DNA of 64,000 nt from Verrucomicrobiota bacterium (GCA_045046875.1 JASFYY010000049.1:15039-79038), one strand, 5' to 3'; shown: positions 17,958-28,908, numbered from the stretch's first letter. Numbers and translations: made by a program. Notes: generated by a model not told the origin, from the letters alone.

Positions 17958-20900
17958 ATGAAAATACAGAGCATCCTTATCCTGGGTCTGAGCATTGGTT
18001 TGTCCCATGCGGCTGAAAAAAAGGCGGTGACTTATCACCAGCAAGTGCGTAGCGAGCTGCCGGTGGCGCATTGGACTTTTGATGGAGGGCGTGTTGATCT
18101 GGGAACGATGAAGGGGAAAGTGAAATTGGGGCAGGCGGGGCCGGGGAAAAAGGATTCCAAGATGCTGCATGAGGGCAACCTGGCAGCGAAGCTGGAGGCC
18201 AGCAAGGGCGGTAGTTATGTGAAAGTGCAGGATCCGGGGCCGGGCAGTCAGTTTGATTTTGACAACGGGGATCCGATCACGATCGAAGCCTGGGTCAAAC
18301 CTGAAAAAAGCGGTGGAGCGATGGTGATTTTGAGCAAGGGGCGTACGGGTAATCCGGGCGTGGCAGGTAGTAATCAGAACTACGCTTTCAGGGTGGTTGG
18401 TGGAGGCAAGAGTTATCACCTGGGATTTTTGTTTCGTAGTCGCAAGGATAAGGAAAAAGCGGAGGGCTGGCATCGTTGGACTTCGAGCGGGGATTTGATC
18501 GCCGACGGACGTTGGCACCATGTGGCCTTGAGCTATACTTTTGGTAATCCCAAAAGCATCGTGGGATTCATCGATGGCGAAGCGACGCAGGGCAAGTGGG
18601 ACATGGATGGGGCCACTACCCGGCCACCGGTGGTGGATGATGATGAATTATGGCTGGGATCAGCGCAAAAGGGAGCGGAGAGCGCTAGTTACAAAGGTCT
18701 GCTCGACGAGGTGGCCTTGTATCGCCGGACTTTTACCGAAGAGCAGTTGGCCTCACGTTATTCGGTGGAGCCTTATCAGCCCAAGGTGGATCGTTCTACC
18801 TTGAAAGCTGGAAAAGTGAAGGTGGAATTAGTTGAGAGTTTGAGCAAGGGCAATAGTTGGCCACGTTTTTTTCCGAAAGCTTCGATGGTCTATGACGAAG
18901 AGGCTTTTGCCTTTTTTCAGATCCCGCACAAATACAATCAACAGGGATTGCGGGGGGATTGGAAGACTCCTTTGCTGTTTCGCGCAACAGCCGAGATTGT
19001 GCTGAAACCGGGAGACAATCGCATTTTGTTGAGAACACGGGGAGCGGGGCGTTTGTGGATGGATGGCAAAAAAATTGCTGAAACGGCTTTTGCTAAAACC
19101 GGTGGAGGGGCACACAACGAAGTGATGGAGATGCCCAAAGCGGTGTCCGCCAATTTGCGTCGCATGGCGATGGGGGATCGTCAAAACCTGGTCACTATCA
19201 AGGGGGATGGCAAGCCGCATTTGTTTGTATTGGAGATGATCATGGGCAGTGGAGGGCGTCGACCCACCACTGGTGAGACGACGGTGAGTATTTCCCATGG
19301 CAATAAAAACCTGACGCTGATGAGTCCGGAGACGAAGATTCAGATGGAGCTGGGGGATGCGGGTTGGAAGTCATTCCGTCGCGACCGGGAGGAATACTAC
19401 CGTTACCTGGATACCCGAAATCGTCAGGCCCAGAAGGGTAATGACCAGGTTTACTGGAAACGCCGTCATGATCTGGCCAAGCAGGTGATCACTAAAAAGA
19501 AAAGTGCCGGGCCAGGCGATAAAGTGGGCAAGTTTCCTATCAACAATGATATCGATCGCTTTTTGGCGGTGAAGTGGACCAAGCAGATGGAGGGCGCAAA
19601 GAAAAAGGTGTCGGCGGATGCGGTGAATTATACCAAGGATGTGAAGCCTATCCTAGCGGATCAATGTTTTCGTTGTCATGCCAAAAAGACCAAAGGGGGA
19701 TTGCGTTTGGATGACCGGGTGGCGGCGCTGAAAGGTGGCGATTCGGAATACCCTGCTTTTGTGCCGGGCAAACCGGAGAAAAGTTATCTACTGGAATTGA
19801 TCGATCCGAAAATCGCCGAGGATGACATCATGCCGCCCAAGGGAGAGCCTTTGACAGAGCAGCAGCGTGGTGTGCTGAAAAAGTGGATCGCCCAGGGAGC
19901 GGATTATTCATCGGGCAGTGGCAAGGTTGAATTGAGTGAGGATACCAGTGACCTTGAGTTTTTGCGTCGGGTCAGTCTGGATACGATTGGCTTGATTCCT
20001 TCAGCGGATGAAATCAGTGCTTTTCTGAAAGTGCCATCATCCGAGCGTAGAGCCCAGGTGATAGATCGCTTGTTGGCCGATGAACGTTGGGCGGATCATT
20101 GGGTTTCTTACTGGCAGGATGTGCTGGCAGAGAATCCGAACATTCTCAAGGGGAAATTGAATAATACCGGGGCTTTCCGCTATTGGATTCATGAAGCACT
20201 GCAGGACAATCTGCCGATGGATCGTTTTGTGACCGAGTTGGTGATGATGGAAGGTAGTCTGATGGAAGGTGGGCCGGCAGGGTTTGCCATGGCTTCGCAG
20301 AATGATTCTCCGATGGCAGCCAAGACCCACGTTTTAGGCACCGCTTTCCTGGGAATCGAAATGAAGTGTGCGCGTTGTCACGACGCTCCGTATCATGAGA
20401 CCAAACAGATGCAGCTGTTCGAGATGGCGGCGATGTTGAACCGGGGCACGCTGACCCTACCAAAAACATCGACGGTGCCGGCTTCCACTTTTGCCGGGCG
20501 CAAACCTTTGATCGTATCGGCAATGAAACCGGGTGATAAAATTGATCCGGCCTGGTCTTTTTCGGACGTGATAAAAGAGAAAAGTCTCGCCGATTGGGTG
20601 GTGGCGGATGGCAAGGACTCGAGGGCTCGTTTGGCTGCTTTGATCACTTCTCCACATAACGAGCGTTTTGCCCAGGTCATGGTGAACCGGATGTGGAAAA
20701 GTTTGATGGGCGCCGGTTTTGTGGAGCCTGTGGATGACTGGGAGGCAACGCCGCCGGTGTACCCCGAGCTGTTGAGCTGGTTGGCTGATGGGTTTGTTAG
20801 CAGTGGTTATGACTTGAAGGCACTGACACGCCTGATTTTAAACTCCAAGGCTTACCAACGAAAAGCACGCGCTTTGGAGACGGGTGAGTCGCCTAATTTT

Positions 20901-21641
20901 GCAGCTCCGGTGCAGCGACGGATGGAAGCGGAACAGGTGGTCGATTCACTGTTGGTCGCGGCGGGCAAGGAGATGGATACGGAAGAACTCACGTTTGATG
21001 CGGATGGCACCCAGCAGGCAAAAGTCATGATCAGTCTGGGGTATCCACGTCGGGCTTGGGAATTTGCTTCTCTTTCCAATGAACGTGATCGTCCGAGTCT
21101 GGCTTTGCCTAAGGCGCAAGGGGTGGTGGACGTATTGAAAAACTTCGGTTGGACCGGAGCGCGTCAGGGACCTCATTCGGTCAGGGATCAGGAAGCTAAT
21201 GTTCGTCAGCCAGCTATTCTAGCTAATGGGTCGTTGGGGAAACGCGCAACCACCTTGAGTGAGAACAGCGCGGTGACTGATCTGGTGGTGAAAGAGGGAA
21301 TGAGTGTGGCTGAGGTGGTGGATGCGGTGTTCTTGCGGGTATTGACACGCAAACCTTCGGCTGAAGAGAAAAAACTCTACGTGACTTTGTTGAACGAAGG
21401 GTTTGAGCAGCGGGTGATTCCTGCCAAGCAGAGAAAAACCCCATTGGTGCGCAAGGCTCTGGGTCGAGTGTCATGGTCGAATCATTTATCGGCTGAAGCT
21501 AACAGTATTATGCTGGAGATGGAGAAACGAGCCAAGGAAGGGGATCCGCCGACGGTGAAACTTCGGCCTGAGTGGCGTGAGAGAATGGAGGACATGCTGT
21601 GGGCGATGATGAATTCGCCTGAGTTCATCTACCTGCCATAA
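17958..21641 (+). CDS. LamG + planctomycete cytochrome c + DUF1549/DUF1553 protein
   Basis: CFRCH, GGLRLD, MPP, FLRRVSLD, CARCHD, VNRMW, PELLSWLA, RRMEAEQVVD, NSPEF. Confidence 0.9.
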   Translation: MKIQSILILGLSIGLSHAAEKKAVTYHQQVRSELPVAHWTFDGGRVDLGTMKGKVKLGQAGPGKKDSKMLHEGNLAAKLEASKGGSYVKVQDPGPGSQFDFDNGDPITIEAWVKPEKSGGAMVILSKGRTGNPGVAGSNQNYAFRVVGGGKSYHLGFLFRSRKDKEKAEGWHRWTSSGDLIADGRWHHVALSYTFGNPKSIVGFIDGEATQGKWDMDGATTRPPVVDDDELWLGSAQKGAESASYKGLLDEVALYRRTFTEEQLASRYSVEPYQPKVDRSTLKAGKVKVELVESLSKGNSWPRFFPKASMVYDEEAFAFFQIPHKYNQQGLRGDWKTPLLFRATAEIVLKPGDNRILLRTRGAGRLWMDGKKIAETAFAKTGGGAHNEVMEMPKAVSANLRRMAMGDRQNLVTIKGDGKPHLFVLEMIMGSGGRRPTTGETTVSISHGNKNLTLMSPETKIQMELGDAGWKSFRRDREEYYRYLDTRNRQAQKGNDQVYWKRRHDLAKQVITKKKSAGPGDKVGKFPINNDIDRFLAVKWTKQMEGAKKKVSADAVNYTKDVKPILADQCFRCHAKKTKGGLRLDDRVAALKGGDSEYPAFVPGKPEKSYLLELIDPKIAEDDIMPPKGEPLTEQQRGVLKKWIAQGADYSSGSGKVELSEDTSDLEFLRRVSLDTIGLIPSADEISAFLKVPSSERRAQVIDRLLADERWADHWVSYWQDVLAENPNILKGKLNNTGAFRYWIHEALQDNLPMDRFVTELVMMEGSLMEGGPAGFAMASQNDSPMAAKTHVLGTAFLGIEMKCARCHDAPYHETKQMQLFEMAAMLNRGTLTLPKTSTVPASTFAGRKPLIVSAMKPGDKIDPAWSFSDVIKEKSLADWVVADGKDSRARLAALITSPHNERFAQVMVNRMWKSLMGAGFVEPVDDWEATPPVYPELLSWLADGFVSSGYDLKALTRLILNSKAYQRKARALETGESPNFAAPVQRRMEAEQVVDSLLVAAGKEMDTEELTFDADGTQQAKVMISLGYPRRAWEFASLSNERDRPSLALPKAQGVVDVLKNFGWTGARQGPHSVRDQEANVRQPAILANGSLGKRATTLSENSAVTDLVVKEGMSVAEVVDAVFLRVLTRKPSAEEKKLYVTLLNEGFEQRVIPAKQRKTPLVRKALGRVSWSNHLSAEANSIMLEMEKRAKEGDPPTVKLRPEWRERMEDMLWAMMNSPEFIYLP

Positions 21642-21696
21642 CAAGTTGGATAGAGTTTTAAAAATAGTGGATTAACATATTACGAAAGATAGAATC

Positions 21697-23007
21697 ATGA
21701 ATAGAAGAGACTTTTTCAGAACAGCGGGGATGGGTGGCGTAGCGGGAACGGTGGCGGCGAGCATGCCACAAATATTGAATGCTGAAGGGGGATCGTCGAT
21801 CCCAGTTACTTTTCCGAAGGGCAAGGTTGAGCATTGCATTCATATTTGGCTGGGCGGCGGTGCGGCTCATATTGACACCTGGGATCCTAAAGCGATGGGT
21901 GATGCCAAGGCGACCAAGAAAAAAGCGGGCTCGTATTACAAGTCGATCGATACGGCGGTGCCAGGGGTGAAAGTTTGTGAACATCTGGGACGCTGTGCTG
22001 GTTTGATGGATCGCATGACCGCAGTTAGAACAGTGAATCATGATGTGATCGATGAACACGCGGCGGCGGTGAATCGTATGCACACCGGTCGTCCAGTGAG
22101 CGGCACGACGGTGTATCCATCCCTGGGTTCGGTGGTTGCGCATGAGAGAGGGGCAGTGGCCGAGGATGTGCCCGCCTATGTGGTGATCGGCTATCCGAGT
22201 TCGTCGCGGGCGCCGGGTTTTCTGGGATCCAAAGCGGGCTTTTTGTATTTGTTGGATACCGATTCGGGGCCGGAGGGGTTCAAGCGCCCTGATGGCATCA
22301 CTTTGAATCGTCACATGAGACGTAGCGATTTACTGCGCAGGATGCGCGAGGGTGCAGCCGCGCAACGCGGCAAGGCGGTGGTGGGAGAATACGATGCAGC
22401 GATCGAGGAAAGTTTGCGCCTGTCGGGGGAAAAGTTTATGAAGGTGTTCGACCTGAAAGAAGAAGGTGCCAATTTGCGCGAATCCTTTGGTGGTGAATTT
22501 GGTCAGCGTTGTCTGTTGGCACGCCGTTTGATTCAACGCGGGGTGAGGTTCATCGAAGTGGCGCATAACTTGAATTTTGTCAACGGCACCGGGTGGGACA
22601 CTCATAACCAGGGGCAGTTGAACCAACATGTTTTGATCGAAGAACTGGATCGCGCTTTATCGACGATGATTCTGGATTTGGAGAAACATAAGTTGTTGGA
22701 TAAAACTCTGATTGTGGTGAATACGGAGTTCGGTCGCCCGGCTGCTTTTGATGGAGGAGGGGGGCGTGGACATCAGAGCACGGCCTTTTCGGTTTTGCTG
22801 GCTGGCGGTGGGTTGAACCACAAGGGCGCTTATGGAGTGACGGATGATTTGGCCAAAAAAGTGGTCGAGAATCCAGTGAGCGTGCCCGATTTGTTCGCCA
22901 CCATTCATGCGTCGATGGGGATCAATCCTGCCAAGGAATTGTCAGATGGCGACCGGCCGGTTCCAATCACGGATATGGGCAAGCCAATTGAGGCTTTGTT
23001 GACTTAA
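21697..23007 (+). CDS. DUF1501 domain protein (Tat signal)
   Basis: NRRDFF Tat motif, [26 protein letters not shown]. Confidence 0.92.
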   Translation: MNRRDFFRTAGMGGVAGTVAASMPQILNAEGGSSIPVTFPKGKVEHCIHIWLGGGAAHIDTWDPKAMGDAKATKKKAGSYYKSIDTAVPGVKVCEHLGRCAGLMDRMTAVRTVNHDVIDEHAAAVNRMHTGRPVSGTTVYPSLGSVVAHERGAVAEDVPAYVVIGYPSSSRAPGFLGSKAGFLYLLDTDSGPEGFKRPDGITLNRHMRRSDLLRRMREGAAAQRGKAVVGEYDAAIEESLRLSGEKFMKVFDLKEEGANLRESFGGEFGQRCLLARRLIQRGVRFIEVAHNLNFVNGTGWDTHNQGQLNQHVLIEELDRALSTMILDLEKHKLLDKTLIVVNTEFGRPAAFDGGGGRGHQSTAFSVLLAGGGLNHKGAYGVTDDLAKKVVENPVSVPDLFATIHASMGINPAKELSDGDRPVPITDMGKPIEALLT

Positions 23008-23016
23008 TGAAGGATC

Positions 23017-24495
23017 GTGGGAACACTGTCCTACGTGTGGTGGGAATATCTCTCAGATAAGATTGCTTTTGGTGCAATCATAGTCATCGTCGCCGAGGTA
23101 TTGGCGGTGATCAGTATCGCGCATGCCATCATGCGGGTGCGCACGGCGCAGGGTACTTGGGCATGGGCCTTTGCTTTGATTGGTCTGCCTATGCTTGCGG
23201 TGCCACTTTACTGGATTTTCGGACGGCGGACTTTTAATGGTTACAAACAGGCTTTAAAAAAAGCAGAGCAGGAGCATAGGGAAATTTTGGAACAAGCCAT
23301 TGAGGGGGTGAGTGCCCATCGTTCTCCCCTGGTGAGTGAAAAACACGAATATGGAACGGTGCTGGAAAAACTCAGTCGTTACCGTTTCACCAAAGATAAC
23401 CAGGTGGACCTTTTGGTGGATGGAGAGGCTACTTTTGGTGCTATTTTTTCAGCAATCGAGGCAGCTGAAAATTATGTGCTGGTGCAGTTTTTTATTATCA
23501 AGGATGATGAACTGGGCAGAGAGTTGAAAGCGCTCTTATTAAGAAAGGCGGCGCAAGGATTGCGCATTTATGTGCTGTATGATGAGGTGGGTAGTCATAA
23601 GCTGAAACACCGACAGTATAAAAAAGAATTGCGTGAGGGAGGCATCCAGGTAACTGAATTTCAGACCACCCGAGGCAAGAGCAATCGTTTTCAAGTGAAC
23701 TTTCGTAATCACCGCAAGGTGGTGGTGGTTGATGGCAAAACGGCTTTTGTCGGCGGGCACAACGTGGGGAACGAATACATGGGGCGAAGTGAGCGTTTTG
23801 GTCGCTGGCGGGACACCCATGTGAGAATCAACGGGCCAGCAGCCCTGGTTTCTCAGTTGGTGTTTTTATCCGACTGGTACTGGGCGGTGCGCGAGGTGCC
23901 GGATTTGAATTGGACGATAGAAAATGATGTACAGCAAGAAGGTGAGGGGATGATGGTATTGCCTTTGCCGACCGGGCCGATTGACAAAGTTGAAGGGGGG
24001 ACCCTGTTTTTTCTCAATACGATCAATCGGGCAAAAGAACGACTGTGGATCGCCAGTCCCTATTTTGTCCCGGATGAGTCGGTGGGCAACGCTTTGCGCT
24101 TGGCGGCGATGCGAGGGGTGGATGTGCGTATCATGATTCCGCAAAAACCGGATCATAAAATGGTCTATCTGGCTGGCTTCTCTTATCTCGAAGCGATGTC
24201 AAAAGCGGGGGTGAAAATGTTTCGTTATGACGATGGTTTTTTGCATCAAAAAGTGATGCTGGCGGACCATCAATTGGCTTCTGTTGGCACCATGAATATC
24301 GATAACCGTTCGCTGCGCTTGAATTTTGAAATCAGTGTGGTGGTGCTTGATGCGGGATTCTGTAAAGAGGTGGAGAAAATGCTGCAAGAGGATTTTCGTC
24401 ATTGCCATGCGGTTGATGGATGTGACTACACCTGCCGCAGTCTGCCGTTTCGCGCGGCGGTGAGAGTGGCGAGGATGTTTGCGCCTGTATTGTGA
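23017..24495 (+). CDS. cls: Cardiolipin synthase
   Basis: Two N-terminal TMs; two HKD motifs (NHRKVVVVD, LHQKVMLAD); SPYFVP; RSLRLNFE. Confidence 0.92.
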   Translation: MGTLSYVWWEYLSDKIAFGAIIVIVAEVLAVISIAHAIMRVRTAQGTWAWAFALIGLPMLAVPLYWIFGRRTFNGYKQALKKAEQEHREILEQAIEGVSAHRSPLVSEKHEYGTVLEKLSRYRFTKDNQVDLLVDGEATFGAIFSAIEAAENYVLVQFFIIKDDELGRELKALLLRKAAQGLRIYVLYDEVGSHKLKHRQYKKELREGGIQVTEFQTTRGKSNRFQVNFRNHRKVVVVDGKTAFVGGHNVGNEYMGRSERFGRWRDTHVRINGPAALVSQLVFLSDWYWAVREVPDLNWTIENDVQQEGEGMMVLPLPTGPIDKVEGGTLFFLNTINRAKERLWIASPYFVPDESVGNALRLAAMRGVDVRIMIPQKPDHKMVYLAGFSYLEAMSKAGVKMFRYDDGFLHQKVMLADHQLASVGTMNIDNRSLRLNFEISVVVLDAGFCKEVEKMLQEDFRHCHAVDGCDYTCRSLPFRAAVRVARMFAPVL

Positions 24496-24614
24496 GGAAG
24501 ACTGTAGCGGTTTAGAGGATTAGCTTTTTAGGGCATCACGGTTCATTTGCTATAGCTCGACATTACGGAGACGTTTGAATAGTTTTTTAGGCCTAGAAAG
24601 CTAAATGTTTTCGC

Positions 24615-25340
24615 CTACCAAATGCCTTGTTCGATCAGTTGGCGTTCTGCGGCTTGGCTCCAACCGCGGTTGGCGGCGGGACTAGCGGGGCTGGGGTGCA
24701 GGACCTTGCCGATTTTGACTGATAGCGATTTTTCTTTGTCGAGGCGCTGCAGGCATTGTTGGGCAAAACCTCCGATGCCGACTGCCCATTCGGGTTGTAG
24801 GATTTTCAAAGCTTGGCGCAGATGTTGGTCGCAGGCGGCAAAAAGAGGGGCTTTTTCTGTGGCTTTTAATTTATCAGGAGTGACGTTTTTACCGCCTTCT
24901 TCCATGAAAACCAGGGGGCAGTAGTTTAGCACAAAGTGTTCCTTAAAGAAGTTTTCTGCGGTGTCAAAACGTTCCTCCATCAGACCCCAAAGGCGACGAC
25001 CGCTCACTTCGGAGCGGGTGCAGGCAAAACCGCTGATCGGGCGTTTGGGATTCTCCAGGGTGGGGCGGTCAACCGGGCTTTCGATTTTCATCCAATCGCG
25101 GACGGCGGCGATTTCGCCAAAAGGCACTCCGGTTTGTGCCATGCCGTAAGGGCCGGGATTCATGCCGAGGAAAACGACTCGTTTGTGATCATTGGCGTAG
25201 CGTTTGATAAATTGTTTGTGGGAACGAAGAGCGTAGTTGAGCGGGTTATAAACATGTGTCACCGGCGGGGAGAAAGAAAGCTCATCCACCACGTGTGAAA
25301 GTTCACTGGAGGCCTTGAGAAGGGATTGGCTGAGGTTCAT
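24615..25340 (-). CDS. SMUG1-family uracil-DNA glycosylase
   Basis: VYNPL.YA, GMNPGPYGMAQTGVPFG, SEVSGRR, NYCPL, HPSP. Confidence 0.92.
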   Translation of the reverse strand: MNLSQSLLKASSELSHVVDELSFSPPVTHVYNPLNYALRSHKQFIKRYANDHKRVVFLGMNPGPYGMAQTGVPFGEIAAVRDWMKIESPVDRPTLENPKRPISGFACTRSEVSGRRLWGLMEERFDTAENFFKEHFVLNYCPLVFMEEGGKNVTPDKLKATEKAPLFAACDQHLRQALKILQPEWAVGIGGFAQQCLQRLDKEKSLSVKIGKVLHPSPASPAANRGWSQAAERQLIEQGIW

Positions 25341-25638
25341 GGGGATTGGCTAAGCCCGCGACAGGCTTTCGTCAATTATTTGCTTGGGAGATTTTGTTTG
25401 GATGATGAAACCGGGCTACGCGTTTATTGCGATTTCCTTACGCAAAGTCTTGTATAGAGAGGCATGGCTATGGTAGATTGACAGCAGATGAAAGAAGGAA
25501 AAAAATCTCTGTGGGACTACTTTCACCATCGTCACACGCATGTGGGGTTGTTGATTGTTCTGGTGATTGCTCTGTTATGGTTTTTGTCGAAATTGGCGAC
25601 TTGATTCGCCTGGTCTCGCAATTGATTGGAAACAGATC

Positions 25639-26475
25639 ATGATTAAACGAATATTGACCCCATTGGACGTTTCGCCTTACACCACTGCAGCGGTAGCGCG
25701 GGCTTGTGCCTTGGCCGAGTTGGCGGAGGCTGAGATCACCGGGATGGTGGTGCTGGATACTCCGGGCATAGAAAAAAGTGTGCAATTGCCCTTCAGGGCT
25801 GACCTTCGTGATTACTCGGAGGAGGCGATCATTGAATGTGAACTGGAGGCGGCAGCGAAGTTGCAAGCCGTGGTGAAAGGCTTTGAAAAAACGCTTGAGC
25901 GGAGCGGCCTTCGCTCAAGGTTGTCCAAATCCGAGGGGCGTCCCAGTCAGCAGATTCTGGCGGCTTCCTGTTTCCATGATTTGTTGATCATGGGCTTGCA
26001 GAGTTTTTATCATTTTGAAACTAAACGAGGGCCGGGAGATACGCTCGACAAGGTTCTGAAAAGCGCAGTGATTCCAGTGATGGCAGTTCCAGCGAGAGAG
26101 CCAGATTCTATTAAGTCAGCTTTGATTCTTTTTGATGGTTCGCCGGCATCTGCGCGGGCTCTACACGTTTTTGCTGAGCTGTGGCCCTATGAACGTCCCG
26201 CCGTCCGTTTGTTGGCAGCAGATGTTTCACAGGATTTTGGGGATAATTTATTGAAAGAGGCTGCGTTGTTTTTGCAAGCCCACGGGGTCGAATCGGTAGA
26301 GCAGGTGGTTGAAGGCGGTGGTGTTATCCGCGCGGTGGAGGATCATCATTTGGAATGGTCGGATTTGATTGTGTTGGGCGTGCATTCGAGGCATTCGGTG
26401 AAAGATCTGATCGTGGGTTCGGTGGCCCGTCATTTGATCGGACACGGACACCGGACTTTACTTTTTTCCCAGTGA
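25639..26475 (+). CDS. Universal stress protein (tandem Usp domains)
   Basis: IKRILTPLD.S, DLLIMG, FDGSPAS.RA, DLIVLG..., GSVARHL. Confidence 0.88.
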   Translation: MIKRILTPLDVSPYTTAAVARACALAELAEAEITGMVVLDTPGIEKSVQLPFRADLRDYSEEAIIECELEAAAKLQAVVKGFEKTLERSGLRSRLSKSEGRPSQQILAASCFHDLLIMGLQSFYHFETKRGPGDTLDKVLKSAVIPVMAVPAREPDSIKSALILFDGSPASARALHVFAELWPYERPAVRLLAADVSQDFGDNLLKEAALFLQAHGVESVEQVVEGGGVIRAVEDHHLEWSDLIVLGVHSRHSVKDLIVGSVARHLIGHGHRTLLFSQ

Positions 26476-26485
26476 GCTTGAGATG

Positions 26486-26704
26486 TTAAGCGTTTTTGGA
26501 GTGGGAGAAGTGCCAACATAATCCGCTTAACAAACCTGAAAATCCGCTGCCTATGGAGAGGCTCAATCCGAGCGGTGGGGACAGATTCAAGTATAACAAG
26601 AAGCCGATCACTCCACCGCTGATGATGGGCAGGCAGAGTCGCCATGAGAATATAAAATTTCCAAATTCACCCAGAGCACTGATTAGATCCAATAAGTCGT
26701 CCAT
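26486..26704 (-). CDS. Small hypothetical membrane protein (72 aa)
   Basis: Fills the gap between genes; two hydrophobic segments. Confidence 0.4.
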   Translation of the reverse strand: MDDLLDLISALGEFGNFIFSWRLCLPIISGGVIGFLLYLNLSPPLGLSLSIGSGFSGLLSGLCWHFSHSKNA

Positions 26705-26773
26705 GCAGGAAGGTAGGGCAATGGAACCCGGCAGCCGATTATAAAATGCGGTGCATTTTGCAATGGCTGAGCA

Positions 26774-27313
26774 TCAGTCTTTTAAAATAGACCAATGCTT
26801 TGTTAGTTTTCTTCCGCTTCGCCAGTTTTTCTTAAATATTTTCAAGGCATCAGATTCATTGCCGGAATGATAGGCTATGACGGTGTGTTTCACTGGGAAC
26901 CCGCTTCCCCACCAGAAAAATGCAACTTTATGACCGGTTTCTGTATTATTGTAGGACACGGGAATGTCGTTCCAATAGATGCGATCCTTAGATTTTTCCT
27001 CGGGCAAGCCTTTTACAAATTCAGTCAACTCGGGAAGATAATGGTGAAAATACATTTCTCTAACTTTGTGGCCGACGAATGGTCCACTGAAAAATGCCAG
27101 AATAGGAAGGATCACAGCGATATAGTTTTGCAATTTAAAGAACGCTTTCTGACAAATTATAATTGTTAGAACAGCGATAGTGGTGAAGCATGATATGAAA
27201 AAAAATCCGATTGATAATAGCTGAAGTAGAGGGGTTTCTCTGAAGGCGAAAAGGGCGAATGCTAGAAAGGAGCTTGTGGCTACAATATAAGCTATGATGT
27301 TAGTTTTTCGCAT
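26774..27313 (-). CDS. Hypothetical membrane protein (AT-rich)
   Basis: 179-aa ORF with three hydrophobic segments; visibly more AT-rich than flanks. Confidence 0.6.
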   Translation of the reverse strand: MRKTNIIAYIVATSSFLAFALFAFRETPLLQLLSIGFFFISCFTTIAVLTIIICQKAFFKLQNYIAVILPILAFFSGPFVGHKVREMYFHHYLPELTEFVKGLPEEKSKDRIYWNDIPVSYNNTETGHKVAFFWWGSGFPVKHTVIAYHSGNESDALKIFKKNWRSGRKLTKHWSILKD

Positions 27314-27443
27314 ACTGTTTGTTAGTGTGCCCTTAATTTACTATACTATTGAGTTTTTGCCAGATAGGACTGCCCCCCCCCTTCCTCTATGCCTCTAAAT
27401 TTATTGTTTTATTGTGAATATTCAGGTCTATTTAAAAGAAACT

Positions 27444-27610
27444 AACCGCGGATTGCGCGGATGGACGCGGATAAGAAAATAAAAAATAATGCAGATTTAG
27501 AAACAACTCCTCACATCCCATTGATTCTTAAGACTTAAAACAAACCAGCTATACAAAGTATCCCATCCGCGTTAATCCGCGCTATTTGCCTTCGGATAGT
27601 ATGCTGCGGT
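27444..27610. repeat. Inverted pair of REP-like (CGGAT)x3 repeats around an AT-rich spacer; right arm interrupted by an 18-nt insert
   Basis: Left aaccgcggattgcgcggatggacgcggat (27444-27472); right atccgcgttaatccgcgctat[ttgccttcggatagtatg]ctgcggt (27565-27610). Confidence 0.75.
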
Positions 27611-27662
27611 CTATTCTAATTTTTTTTTGAGGCAGTCTGAAGAACACCTGAATGGTTGCGTT

Positions 27663-28886
27663 TTATTTATCCCATCCCACCGGTTGGGTCCAGGCTTGTT
27701 TTTTTTGTCCTTGGTAGGAGGGGTTTTGGTGATCTGCGCTGGAGGTGATGGTGATGCGGGCGTAGAGCACGTTGTCAGGGACAGCAAATGTGATGGACTT
27801 TCCTTTTTTGCTGGCGAGGATTTCGCCGATGCCGGTTTTGCCTTTTTCTGCGTTGGCTTGATAGTTTTTACGGGTGCCAATCAGTTCAGCGGTGAATGTG
27901 CTGTCACTGTCGGCTTGAATTTCCAGAGTGATTTTCCGGGTTTTTTTGTTCCATGAAATCTGATTGAGATAGACGCCTGAGCTAGCGTAGAAATCGCCTT
28001 TTCTCATTGAGGTGATTAGTGATTTGGGGTCGAGGCGTTTGGCGCGAACCATGACCCAGCCACGGCCCGGGGTGTTGGGACCGCCGTGATAGTTGTGGGA
28101 GTCATCGGTGGCCACTCCCATCAAGGGAGCTTGTTTGAGTTCGGCGATGCGGATGGTATTGGCGATGTCCCAGATTTCTTCATCGCCAGGACGGGTGTCA
28201 TCACCGTGGTGATTGATGCCGGGGTGGCCGTTGTAAACTTCGAAGAATTTTTCCTCAATCACATGCGCCAGATCCTCGGCGGTGATCGACCAACGGAAGT
28301 TGGGGTGGTTGAGGTGGGCAAGGATGGGTTCGCCACTGGATTTTTCCTGTTCGGCAACTGCCTGCAGGTTGTTGCTCATGACTTGGCGAAGAGAGTCACC
28401 TTTACGTGGCGTGATCAGTTGCTGGATGTTGACCGCATTGATGTGGACAGCTTTTTTTTCGAAGCTGGTGGTGATTTCTTCTGCTTTGATGATTAGGAAT
28501 TCGCCGCGTTTCTCAAGTAGCGAGCGGTATTCGGCTAGTTTTTTGAGTCGCACTTCTTTAATGCCATTGTTGTCACGGGTTTCGATCCAATCGGTACCCG
28601 CGTAACGTTTGAGGTATTTTTCCATTGCCGAGGGTCCCTGGCCTTTTTGGCGCTTTTTGATGGTGTCGAGTGACACCCATTTCTCGTTGTCGGCGAGGAT
28701 ATTGTGATCGCTTAAAGCCATGAAGTCGTATCCATTGCGCAGATACCATTCGGTGATCATTTCCGGGAAGTCGTTGCCGTCACTCCAGAGGGAGTGGGTG
28801 TGGGTATTGCCTCGATACCAGGTTTGAGCGTTGGCATTGGAGATGGCAAAGAGAAACAGCAGAAAGGATAGAAGTGAATTTTTCAT
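27663..28886 (-). CDS. Secreted PHP-domain metallohydrolase (CehA/McbA-like)
   Basis: WYRGNTHTHSLWSDG, LSDHN, NHPN, FEVYNGH, TDDSH. Confidence 0.85.
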   Translation of the reverse strand: MKNSLLSFLLFLFAISNANAQTWYRGNTHTHSLWSDGNDFPEMITEWYLRNGYDFMALSDHNILADNEKWVSLDTIKKRQKGQGPSAMEKYLKRYAGTDWIETRDNNGIKEVRLKKLAEYRSLLEKRGEFLIIKAEEITTSFEKKAVHINAVNIQQLITPRKGDSLRQVMSNNLQAVAEQEKSSGEPILAHLNHPNFRWSITAEDLAHVIEEKFFEVYNGHPGINHHGDDTRPGDEEIWDIANTIRIAELKQAPLMGVATDDSHNYHGGPNTPGRGWVMVRAKRLDPKSLITSMRKGDFYASSGVYLNQISWNKKTRKITLEIQADSDSTFTAELIGTRKNYQANAEKGKTGIGEILASKKGKSITFAVPDNVLYARITITSSADHQNPSYQGQKKQAWTQPVGWDK

Positions 28887-28908
28887 AAATGGGTGAGTAG
28901 GAAGGTCG

